Positions 26,284 to 32,831 of a DNA stretch of 42,043 bases are shown piece after piece. Position 1 is the first letter of the stretch; the number at the start of each line of letters is the position of its first letter. The notes under the pieces are model-generated. The model was not told where the DNA came from. It made no database searches and worked only from the letters and a program-made list of their open reading frames with translations. The translations under genes were made by a program, and so were the position numbers. The DNA is from a virus (Duplodnaviria > Caudoviricetes): IMG/VR virus record IMGVR_UViG_3300025572_000014, positions 1 to 42,043 of that record; one strand, written 5' to 3'.

Positions 26284-26619
26284 ATGAAGAAAATCAAAAT
26301 CAATTATTACGCCGGGGAATCGAATTACCTGGGTCACGGCCAGCCCATCGCGGTTGACTACCTCATCTCCGACCCCCTCGATTGGGACGATCTCCGGGGA
26401 GACGAATTCGACGGCCCGATATTCGGGGACGACACCGCCGCCGATTTGATCCGGGTTGGCGGCAAATATCACCTGTACGCGGAAATGGAAAATCCCACCC
26501 GGAGCGAGGAAGACGAGACCGCAACTTTTGACAAGCTAAAAGCAGAAATCATCGAGCTTGCGAAAAAGGTTGGCATTGATCCGAGCCGACTTGTATTCCC
26601 GTATGACGACCCCGCCTGA
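26284..26619 (+). CDS. Acidic hypothetical protein (MKKIKINYYAGESNYLGHG...)
   Basis: GGAAAGGA RBS; its TGA stop is the UGA of hammerhead 1. Confidence 0.75.
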   Translation: MKKIKINYYAGESNYLGHGQPIAVDYLISDPLDWDDLRGDEFDGPIFGDDTAADLIRVGGKYHLYAEMENPTRSEEDETATFDKLKAEIIELAKKVGIDPSRLVFPYDDPA

Positions 26620-26665
26620 CGAGTCCGCTGGTCACGGACGAAACCGGGTTTATCCCGGTCGCGGG
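26611..26665 (+). ncRNA. Hammerhead ribozyme 1 (type I), predicted cleavage after C26660
   Basis: CCCGC | CUGACGA | GUCCG-cugguca-CGGAC | GAAA | CCGGG-uuuau-CCCGG | UC | GCGGG. Complete core, three perfect stems and a GUC triplet. Confidence 0.95.
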
Positions 26666-26679
26666 AGACCGCACATCAT

Positions 26680-26709
26680 GGCCGACAGCCGACGACAAGG
26701 GCGGCGGGC
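26680..26709 (+). repeat. Leader element A, copy 2
   Basis: 30/30 identity with 26238-26267; between hammerhead 1 and the next RBS. Confidence 0.9.
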
Positions 26710-26727
26710 TTGAAAGGAGAAGGAATC

Positions 26728-26991
26728 ATGGTAAAGATTGCGATCAAGGTGCAAAACAGCAAGGTTTACGGCGAAGACGAAAAGGGAACCTGGGAGGACT
26801 TGCTGGAAGAAATGGCGCTGAAAGTCGAAGGGTGGGCCGGCTACGACGTTGACGAGTCCAGCTACATCGGCGGAGCACGGCACATGCGGGGAACACTAAA
26901 CGATGAAAACTTTAAACCGATCTACACCTTCTACGCGGTTGTAACGGCTGAATGGGGCGAGGCCGAGGTCGGCAGGCTTCGGGGAGAGTGA
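26728..26991 (+). CDS. Hypothetical protein (MVKIAIKVQNSK...)
   Basis: AAAGGAGAAGGA RBS, ATG 26728. Confidence 0.7.
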   Translation: MVKIAIKVQNSKVYGEDEKGTWEDLLEEMALKVEGWAGYDVDESSYIGGARHMRGTLNDENFKPIYTFYAVVTAEWGEAEVGRLRGE

Positions 26992-27001
26992 CTTGACCGC
27001 C
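26969..27001 (+). repeat. Element B, copy 1 (TCGGCAGGCTTCGGGGAGAGTGACTTGACCGCC)
   Basis: 32/33 identical to 28089-28121; contains the stop of 26728-26991. Confidence 0.85.
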
Positions 27002-27043
27002 CCGGCCCCACAAAACCACCCGAAAGGACGTTTCGATATTTAG

Positions 27044-27109
27044 CCCGCCTGACGAGGCCCGGAGCGGACCGGGCCGAAACCTAGCCGCAGCTGCGGCGAT
27101 GGTCGCGGG
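27044..27109 (+). ncRNA. Hammerhead ribozyme 2 (type I), predicted cleavage after C27104
   Basis: CCCGC | CUGACGA | GGCCCGG-agcgga-CCGGGCC | GAAA | CC-ua-GCCGC-agcu-GCGGC-gau-GG | UC | GCGGG. Same core and stem I as HH1, with different stems II and III that still pair. Confidence 0.92.
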
Positions 27110-27143
27110 AAGCCCGCAACATAAAATCCAAGGAGGAATTATC

Positions 27144-27512
27144 ATGAACATCATCAATCTCACCCCCCACGCGATAAACGTTGTAAAGGATGACGGCACG
27201 ATCATCGCGTCGTTCCCGCCGTCAGGGGCGGTGGCGCGAGTGGACACGATCACGGATGACCTCGGACCTCTGAACGTGCACCCGGACATTCCGGTCGTCG
27301 TCCAGAGCTTCGGCGCGGTGAAGGGTCTGCCGGACCCGCAGCCGGACACGATCTATCTCGTGTCGATGGTTGTCGGGCAGGCGGCCGGACAAGATCGGGA
27401 CGACCTGCTCGGACCGGACACTTCGCCCGCCGGAGCGGTGCGTGATGCGGACGGCCGGATTATCGGAACCCGGCGGTTGGTGTACTACGGACGGGTAAAC
27501 CCGCGCCCTTGA
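27144..27512 (+). CDS. Conserved phage protein with an N-terminal NLTPH motif (possible ring-nuclease-like)
   Basis: AAGGAGG RBS; INLTPH...PSG.VARV...GLPDPQPDTIYLVS...R.DLL.P...RD..GRIIG. Function is inferred only. Confidence 0.75.
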   Translation: MNIINLTPHAINVVKDDGTIIASFPPSGAVARVDTITDDLGPLNVHPDIPVVVQSFGAVKGLPDPQPDTIYLVSMVVGQAAGQDRDDLLGPDTSPAGAVRDADGRIIGTRRLVYYGRVNPRP

Positions 27513-27627
27513 AACTGCGGGAGCGGGCAACCCGCAACGCTGTGCAATGCCGGTGATCCATATTGCGGTTGAAAGTGATACACATTCTAAAGCCACCATC
27601 CCAAACATTTGTTAAGGAGGAATCCAA

Positions 27628-28044
27628 ATGGGAAAATACGTTGTTGAGACGAACGGGTTGATTATGCGTCTGCCAAAGGTGCTCGAAGTGGAATGCTCCA
27701 CTTCTGAGGACCCGATCAAGAAGGCGCGGCAAACTCTCGCCGATATGTGCGTTCGTGAGAATGCGTCTTTCGCGGTTGGTCGGGCCGGTGCTTACCGTCC
27801 GACTCCCCCGGGTACCGTCTACCTGCCGCCGGATGTGGCGGAGGCGCTGAAATTCGTTCTTGCCGGGAACGAGAAAATGTCCGAAAAACTCGTTCTCCGA
27901 ATCGTTATGAACCCTGAGGCGGAAAAACGCATGGGGTGGGACGTGCTTCATCGCTGGGTGAAAAGCGACATCGGAAACATCATTCTCCTCATCGACGCTA
28001 TCCGGGACGGTTTCGATGTGGAGGTACGCGGAGCGTACCAGTGA
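27628..28044 (+). CDS. Hypothetical protein
   Basis: AAGGAGG RBS, 138 aa. Confidence 0.75.
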   Translation: MGKYVVETNGLIMRLPKVLEVECSTSEDPIKKARQTLADMCVRENASFAVGRAGAYRPTPPGTVYLPPDVAEALKFVLAGNEKMSEKLVLRIVMNPEAEKRMGWDVLHRWVKSDIGNIILLIDAIRDGFDVEVRGAYQ

Positions 28045-28067
28045 AAAACTGTCGGCGCTGAACGAAT

Positions 28068-28130
28068 GAAGCCCGCCGATCTCGCACATCGGCAGGCTTC
28101 GGGGAGAGTGACTCGACCGCCGCTCTCCCC
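28068..28130 (+). repeat. Double hairpin containing element B, copy 2
   Basis: GAAGCCcGCCGAU-cucgcac-AUCGGCaGGCUUC followed by GGGGAGAGUG-acucgaccgc-CGCUCUCCCC. Confidence 0.7.
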
Positions 28131-28161
28131 TCCATCATATCACATTTGGAGGGATTTGCAC

Positions 28162-28626
28162 ATGGAAAACATCAGCGTCGTCGCCGTGAAGCAGGTTCGG
28201 GAGCGGACGCTCCCCTACAACGTTCGTCCCATTCGCCAGCCCGAGGATGCTTATTCGATCCTTTGCGAAGCGATGGCACTGCACGAGGAAGCCATCGAAA
28301 AGTTTGGTGTTCTGCTCCTGGACACCAAATGCAACGTGAATGCCATCCAGATCATTTCCGCGGGGACCTTGGACCAAACGATCGTCCATCCGCGTTCCGT
28401 CTTCCTTGCGGCCGTTCTCGCGAATGCTCGGCAAATGATCCTGTTTCACAACCACCCGAGCGGAGACCCGAAAGCAAGCCGGGCAGACGTGGACATCACG
28501 CTCCGTCTCATCGACGCAAGCCGCATCATGGGCATTCCGATCATTGACCATATCATCGTAGGTGACGGAACATTTTACAGCATGCGAGCGCACGGCGACA
28601 TGCCTGCGCCGGAAGGGGCGGCCTAA
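28162..28626 (+). CDS. radC: RadC-like JAB/MPN domain protein
   Basis: EKFGVLLLD...GTLDQTIVHPR.VF...HNHPSGDPKAS.AD...IIDHIIVG; GGAGGG RBS; stand-alone JAB domain. Confidence 0.92.
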   Translation: MENISVVAVKQVRERTLPYNVRPIRQPEDAYSILCEAMALHEEAIEKFGVLLLDTKCNVNAIQIISAGTLDQTIVHPRSVFLAAVLANARQMILFHNHPSGDPKASRADVDITLRLIDASRIMGIPIIDHIIVGDGTFYSMRAHGDMPAPEGAA

Positions 28627-28724
28627 TGGACGTTGAATCATGGTTCCTGTTTACGCTGGCGCTGTTCGTAGTCCTCGGCGGGCTGACGCTCATTGCGTGG
28701 TTCGCCGAGATGCTGGAGGATTAA
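28626..28724 (+). CDS. 32-aa single-TM peptide (MDVESWFLFTLALFVVLGGLTLIAWFAEMLED); absent from the ORF track
   Basis: TAATG coupling to the radC stop, GAAGGGG RBS, hydrophobic core; its stop abuts twister-sister 1. Confidence 0.65.
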   Translation: MDVESWFLFTLALFVVLGGLTLIAWFAEMLED

Positions 28725-28797
28725 CGAAGGCTAGGCCCAGTCCCGTGAAAGCCGGGACCGGCGGGGAGCACCCCCGCCGCGGCGCTCAACCGATCGT
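28725..28797 (+). ncRNA. Twister-sister ribozyme 1 (three-way junction), predicted cleavage C28787/A28788
   Basis: GG-CUAG-GCC-CA-GUCCCG-ugaaagc-CGGGAC-C-GGCGGGG-agcac-CCCCGCC-GC-GGC-GCUCA-A-CC. Closely matches the twister-sister architecture as I recall it (GCWAG...GCUCA internal loop, UG.AAGC loop). Confidence 0.85.
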
Positions 28798-28852
28798 ACC
28801 TATGAGGAATGCGGCCTGCGGCCGTAAAAATCAATCAAAAGGGTGATGTTGG

Positions 28853-29278
28853 ATGACGTTGTTTCGGAAGAAGTTTCCCTCCTTTCTGGAGGGACTGCAT
28901 GAGCTCATGCAGGTTTGCTATTCTGCTCGTCAGTCTCTCAGCCACAACCTCGGACGCTCGCCTGCGTCTGAGGAAGAAGCGGTTTCCGCGCTGGCGATCA
29001 ACGCAGTATGCGATCGCCCGACCGGAAACGGCGTAGATTGGGCGCGGTGCAGCTTGTCCGTCACCGCCACGGACGTTCTTTACCGTACCACGGGCGGACT
29101 TGAATTCGGGTGGAGTCCGCTTCTCGGCGGCGGCCAGACAGATATTTTTGATGGTTCGTTCGAATTTCTCATCATCTATCCGGGGTGTGTGCCCGCTCCG
29201 CCGCACTCCACCTTGCGCAAGAGTTGCGCAGAGGCCGGTTGGGAGGTGGTGGAACCGTTGGAACAGTCCGAGGGCTAG
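28853..29278 (+). CDS. Hypothetical protein
   Basis: AAGGGTG RBS; its TAG stop lies in the GCUAG of twister-sister 2. Confidence 0.65.
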   Translation: MTLFRKKFPSFLEGLHELMQVCYSARQSLSHNLGRSPASEEEAVSALAINAVCDRPTGNGVDWARCSLSVTATDVLYRTTGGLEFGWSPLLGGGQTDIFDGSFEFLIIYPGCVPAPPHSTLRKSCAEAGWEVVEPLEQSEG

Positions 29279-29331
29279 GGACAAGGCCGTGAAGCCCGGC
29301 GCGGGGCCGCGGCCCCTTCCGCTCAACCTCG
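29269..29331 (+). ncRNA. Twister-sister ribozyme 2 (variant), predicted cleavage C29324/A29325
   Basis: CGAGG | GCUAG | GGA | CAAG | GCCG-ugaagcc-CGGC | GC | GGGGCC-gc-GGCCCC | U | UCC | GCUCAA | CCUCG. P2 covaries with TS1 (GCC/GGC to GGA/UCC); the loop deviates. Confidence 0.7.
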
Positions 29332-29361
29332 AAAGAGGAAATGAATAAGGAGTTGATTCCA

Positions 29362-29769
29362 ATGAAAATTGGGCTGATTCGCGGCCGGCATCCGCTGCCG
29401 GTCGAAAAATGCCTGATCGAGCAGGCAGAGGTGCCGTTCGATCAGGCGCATCGCATGGCATATGACGCCATGCAGAAGCTGCTATCGGAACATGCCGGAG
29501 ATGTCGATCTTTACATTACCGGCCTTAAGCGCGCCACGTTGGGCGCCGTCGCAGGCTGGATCAATCACTACGACCGCATCGAGCCAGCGGAATACAGTTC
29601 CGCCGCTCCCGAGTCGCGCACGCTGCGGATCTGGGAGTATAACGCGGTAACGGGGCAGTACGAATCCGTCATTGCATTCCGGTCCGGGGCAATCATGACG
29701 GAAGTCCTTTACTGTCAGGGCTCATACCAGTTCGTCTGGGGTACATATGCCCTCATGGAAGGGACGTGA
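29362..29769 (+). CDS. Hypothetical phage protein with GRH and LYITGL motifs
   Basis: AAGGAG RBS; MKIGLIRGRHPLPV...VDLYITGL...LRIWEYN..TGQY. Confidence 0.75.
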   Translation: MKIGLIRGRHPLPVEKCLIEQAEVPFDQAHRMAYDAMQKLLSEHAGDVDLYITGLKRATLGAVAGWINHYDRIEPAEYSSAAPESRTLRIWEYNAVTGQYESVIAFRSGAIMTEVLYCQGSYQFVWGTYALMEGT

Positions 29770-29825
29770 GGCCTCTCCCATGTTTTTCACAAGTAAGGAC
29801 ATTATTCGCGGAGGAGGAATTAGAC

Positions 29826-30263
29826 ATGGCTAAAACCCACACCGGCTTTCGCATACGGCCCGAAGTGCTTGAACAGTTGGACGCCCGAGGGCCTCGATCC
29901 ACGATTGCGGATCGCGATCTGGAACGCCTGTATGCGCTCTATGCCCGGGCGCTCCAGCGCGTCGTGCCGTCGTTCAGCATCGACGAACTGTGCCTCATCG
30001 TCGATGCCCTGAATGGCACCCTGCACGACGTTCGCAGCGGCGTGCGGTTCTGGATCGGCGTCGAGGATTCCATCGAACTCGACGGACTCGCCCAAAAATG
30101 GAACGTCGACGCTCTGGCACTCATGGAGAAACTGCGCCCGCTCGACGAACTGACCTGCATGGCGATTGTGGACGCCGCAGAGCGGTTCTGGTGCGGCGAG
30201 AAGTACCGCAACATGGACGTGCATGAAGGTGTGCGCGATGCGTTCGGAATTAGGAATACTTGA
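29826..30263 (+). CDS. Putative regulator: N-terminal ribbon-helix-helix-like segment plus helical domain
   Basis: GGAGGAGG RBS; HTGFRIRPEVLEQLDARGPRSTIADRDLERL resembles Arc/MetJ strand-helix-helix. Confidence 0.6.
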   Translation: MAKTHTGFRIRPEVLEQLDARGPRSTIADRDLERLYALYARALQRVVPSFSIDELCLIVDALNGTLHDVRSGVRFWIGVEDSIELDGLAQKWNVDALALMEKLRPLDELTCMAIVDAAERFWCGEKYRNMDVHEGVRDAFGIRNT

Positions 30264-31149
30264 CGCGAAACTGGAGGCGTTAGAGCGGCGCATATGGGAA
30301 GATGTGCGCCGCGATTGGGATTACGTGGATAAAATCCACGTCCAGCAGGAAGACTTCGACGCGCTGAAACGGGTGCGCCTCTCGCCGGAGGAACTATCTC
30401 CGGTGCTGGAGGCGCTGTTTCGGCCGGAGAAACGCATGTTTCTGGATGACATCGCGCTCATCGTAGCGGCGGATGAGGATGTGCGCCGGATTATCCATCT
30501 GAAATACCTGGACCCGGAAAACGCCGTCCTTTCCGCCTTCGACGGCGACGGCAGGTTGTTCGGACGCATCGCCGTCCACGTCGAGGGTGATGATGTGCAG
30601 GTGAAACCGGACAGCGTGGCGCCGTTCGGGCTTCGATACGTGGACCGGTTCGCGCGGGAGTATTTGGCGAAGTACGAGCCGACGCCGGACATGTACCAAG
30701 GCGGCCGGGTCACGAATGCCGCCGTCCGGAAACTCATGGCGCAGCTCCATGTGCGGCTTTCCGAGCGGATGCTGCCGCGGCTTGAAGAATTTTTTTTCTT
30801 TGTGCTCGCGGCGATCCATCGGGTTCTGAACACGCCGGTCATCGTGAAGCCGGCGCCGTACTCGGAAGACGCCTCGCCGCAGGAAGTCGAGGCATTGAAT
30901 CAGCGGCGGCCGGCGGCTCTCGGACCGCGTGCGCCTTATCCACGGTCGCTCCAGCGCATCATCTATGCGGGCCGTCCAGCGCCGCAGAAACGAGACGGTC
31001 CGCGGGTGTACGTCCAGCACGTCGAGTCCTGGAAGGTGCGCGGACATTGGCGCGTGTATCGAACGGGAAAGCGCGTGTGGGTACGGCCGCACGTAAAGGG
31101 GCGGAAGTCCGAGAAGTTTCGGCCGCTCGGCGCTGACTATATTTTGTGA
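30238..31149 (+). CDS. Hypothetical protein with a basic C-terminal VRGHWR...WVRPHVKG motif
   Basis: GAAGGTG RBS before ATG 30238. The motif recurs in phage proteins of unknown function. Confidence 0.7.
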   Translation: MRSELGILDAKLEALERRIWEDVRRDWDYVDKIHVQQEDFDALKRVRLSPEELSPVLEALFRPEKRMFLDDIALIVAADEDVRRIIHLKYLDPENAVLSAFDGDGRLFGRIAVHVEGDDVQVKPDSVAPFGLRYVDRFAREYLAKYEPTPDMYQGGRVTNAAVRKLMAQLHVRLSERMLPRLEEFFFFVLAAIHRVLNTPVIVKPAPYSEDASPQEVEALNQRRPAALGPRAPYPRSLQRIIYAGRPAPQKRDGPRVYVQHVESWKVRGHWRVYRTGKRVWVRPHVKGRKSEKFRPLGADYIL

Positions 31150-31216
31150 AAGCGAGGGGTGGACGTGCCGCCGCAACGCGGACGTAATGAGGAGTAATGG
31201 AAAACGAACCTGCATC

Positions 31217-31723
31217 CTACACCAGGAACAGGTTCGTTTCTTTTTCGCGCCGGATCTTCGCCCGCGCCCGCTCGACATATTCCTGCACCGCGCCCTTTGC
31301 TAAGTGCAGCTCCCGCGCGATCTCCCCGAAACTCATCCCGTCAACCACATGCATTACGAAACATTGGCGCTCGCGCATAGTCAGATCGCGCATCGCCTCT
31401 TCGATACGAAACCGATCATCGTCTGTAAGCCCCGCTGTGATCGTCTCGCGCTCGATAGACCAGCCGTAAGGGGAATGATACCGGTCCAGCCATTCGGGCG
31501 CCCACGGGCGCTCGTAGCGCCTCTCAACGCCTTTCAGCGATTTAGGATTGCGCCCTGTCTCCAGCCACTGAAGCGCGAACTCCACGTCCCCGAGCATGCT
31601 GCTGATGATTTCGCGGTCTGCCGCATCCTTTGTTTTCTCTCTCAACTTTTGCAGTCCGCGACGCGCAGCCCGATATTGTGGTATGAGATCGACCACTGAT
31701 TCGTTCCAATGCCCGACAGCCAT
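31217..31723 (-). CDS. Late-gene activator, sigma-70 region 4 (PBSX Xpf-like)
   Basis: IISSMLGDVEFALQWLETGRNP and LTMRERQCFVMH...SFGEIARELHL..G.VQ.YVERARAKI; last gene of the early operon. Confidence 0.85.
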   Translation of the reverse strand: MAVGHWNESVVDLIPQYRAARRGLQKLREKTKDAADREIISSMLGDVEFALQWLETGRNPKSLKGVERRYERPWAPEWLDRYHSPYGWSIERETITAGLTDDDRFRIEEAMRDLTMRERQCFVMHVVDGMSFGEIARELHLAKGAVQEYVERARAKIRREKETNLFLV

Positions 31724-31777
31724 TCCCCGACCCCTCCCCTGTGGTATAATAGGGTTAGGGAGAACATATTTTCTTTG

Positions 31778-31811
31778 CCCCGCCGACCAGCTGAGCCGGC
31801 GGGGATTTTTT
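31778..31811 (+). terminator. Intrinsic terminator (plus-strand U-tract)
   Basis: CCCCGCCG/CGGCGGGG stem followed by ATTTTTT. Confidence 0.7.
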
Positions 31812-31838
31812 ATCTATGCAATACTTCTTCCAGTGGTG

Positions 31839-32243
31839 TCACTCCACCGTCACTCCGATTTCGCGGAGGATGTTGCGGGCACGTTGTCCATAATCACCAA
31901 GCACCATTGAAACGCCGTTTATTTTGTTCATGCTTGCATAAAACCGCAACCCCTCGATCAGCTTTTGCCGCTCTTCTCTCAACCTCCGGTTCTCCTTCTC
32001 CAACTCGCACAACTCCGTCAAATGCGCGTTATGCGCGGCGCGTTCTTCGGCGTATTCTTGCTGGATGCGGTCAATTTCATCTAGCATCACGCCAACCGCT
32101 TCAAATACCGTAAATTGCGGAAATGAGTCCATTTTCCCTTCGTGCCATTCTCGTATCTCAGCGATCTTCTTTTTCCGATTACTCATCTTTCTATCTTCTC
32201 GAATCTCCGCGATCTTTTGCGCGGTGTCAGACATGGGCATCAA
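31839..32243 (-). CDS. Coiled-coil hypothetical protein
   Basis: GGAGG RBS; part of a tightly coupled early operon. Confidence 0.65.
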   Translation of the reverse strand: MMPMSDTAQKIAEIREDRKMSNRKKKIAEIREWHEGKMDSFPQFTVFEAVGVMLDEIDRIQQEYAEERAAHNAHLTELCELEKENRRLREERQKLIEGLRFYASMNKINGVSMVLGDYGQRARNILREIGVTVE

Positions 32244-32475
32244 CCTCCATCACCCTTTCAACGTCCGACCAATCACGAACAAACGCTACTTTTGCACCGG
32301 AACTTTCGAGTTGTTCCATCCATTTCTGCCTTCTCGGAATATAACCTTGTTTGCACACAATGAAGTAATATGTTCTTCCTTCCCGAACGCAAAGAATTTC
32401 AGAAACGCTTTTTGAGCATTTGGGAAGCATCGGAATCGCATAGGTTTTGGGCAATCCGTTCAACTTATCAATCAT
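32227..32475 (-). CDS. Hypothetical protein
   Basis: Overlapping start/stop with both neighbours. Confidence 0.55.
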   Translation of the reverse strand: MIDKLNGLPKTYAIPMLPKCSKSVSEILCVREGRTYYFIVCKQGYIPRRQKWMEQLESSGAKVAFVRDWSDVERVMEVDAHV

Positions 32476-32831
32476 TCACCCATCACCGCCAGAAGGGCGG
32501 CTTTGCAGATGGCTTCGGGGGCTGTTTGTGCTTGATAATCAGCGGGTTTGTGTCCATCATCGCTGTGCCCAATGACGCAATAAAATGACCCGCTTAAAGT
32601 CTTTTCAATGCATATCCGGCGACCTTTTATCTCCTCCAAAACCTCAAACGCTGCGGCTATGTCGGTGGACGGACTAAACCAACGCGGCCAGCATACTTCC
32701 TCGCCATTAACTTCCGATACCCAGTAGCATTCATCGCCGATGTCCTTCTTCTCCGCCTTGAAAACGGTTCGCATAACCAGCGCATCCAATTCCCGCCCCG
32801 GCTTCATGGCCAACACTTCATCACGTGTCAT
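32472..32831 (-). CDS. Phage ABA-sandwich (BC1872-like) protein
   Basis: GRELDALV...FSPSTDIAAAFEVLE...TAPEAICKAALLA motif. Confidence 0.75.
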   Translation of the reverse strand: MTRDEVLAMKPGRELDALVMRTVFKAEKKDIGDECYWVSEVNGEEVCWPRWFSPSTDIAAAFEVLEEIKGRRICIEKTLSGSFYCVIGHSDDGHKPADYQAQTAPEAICKAALLAVMGE

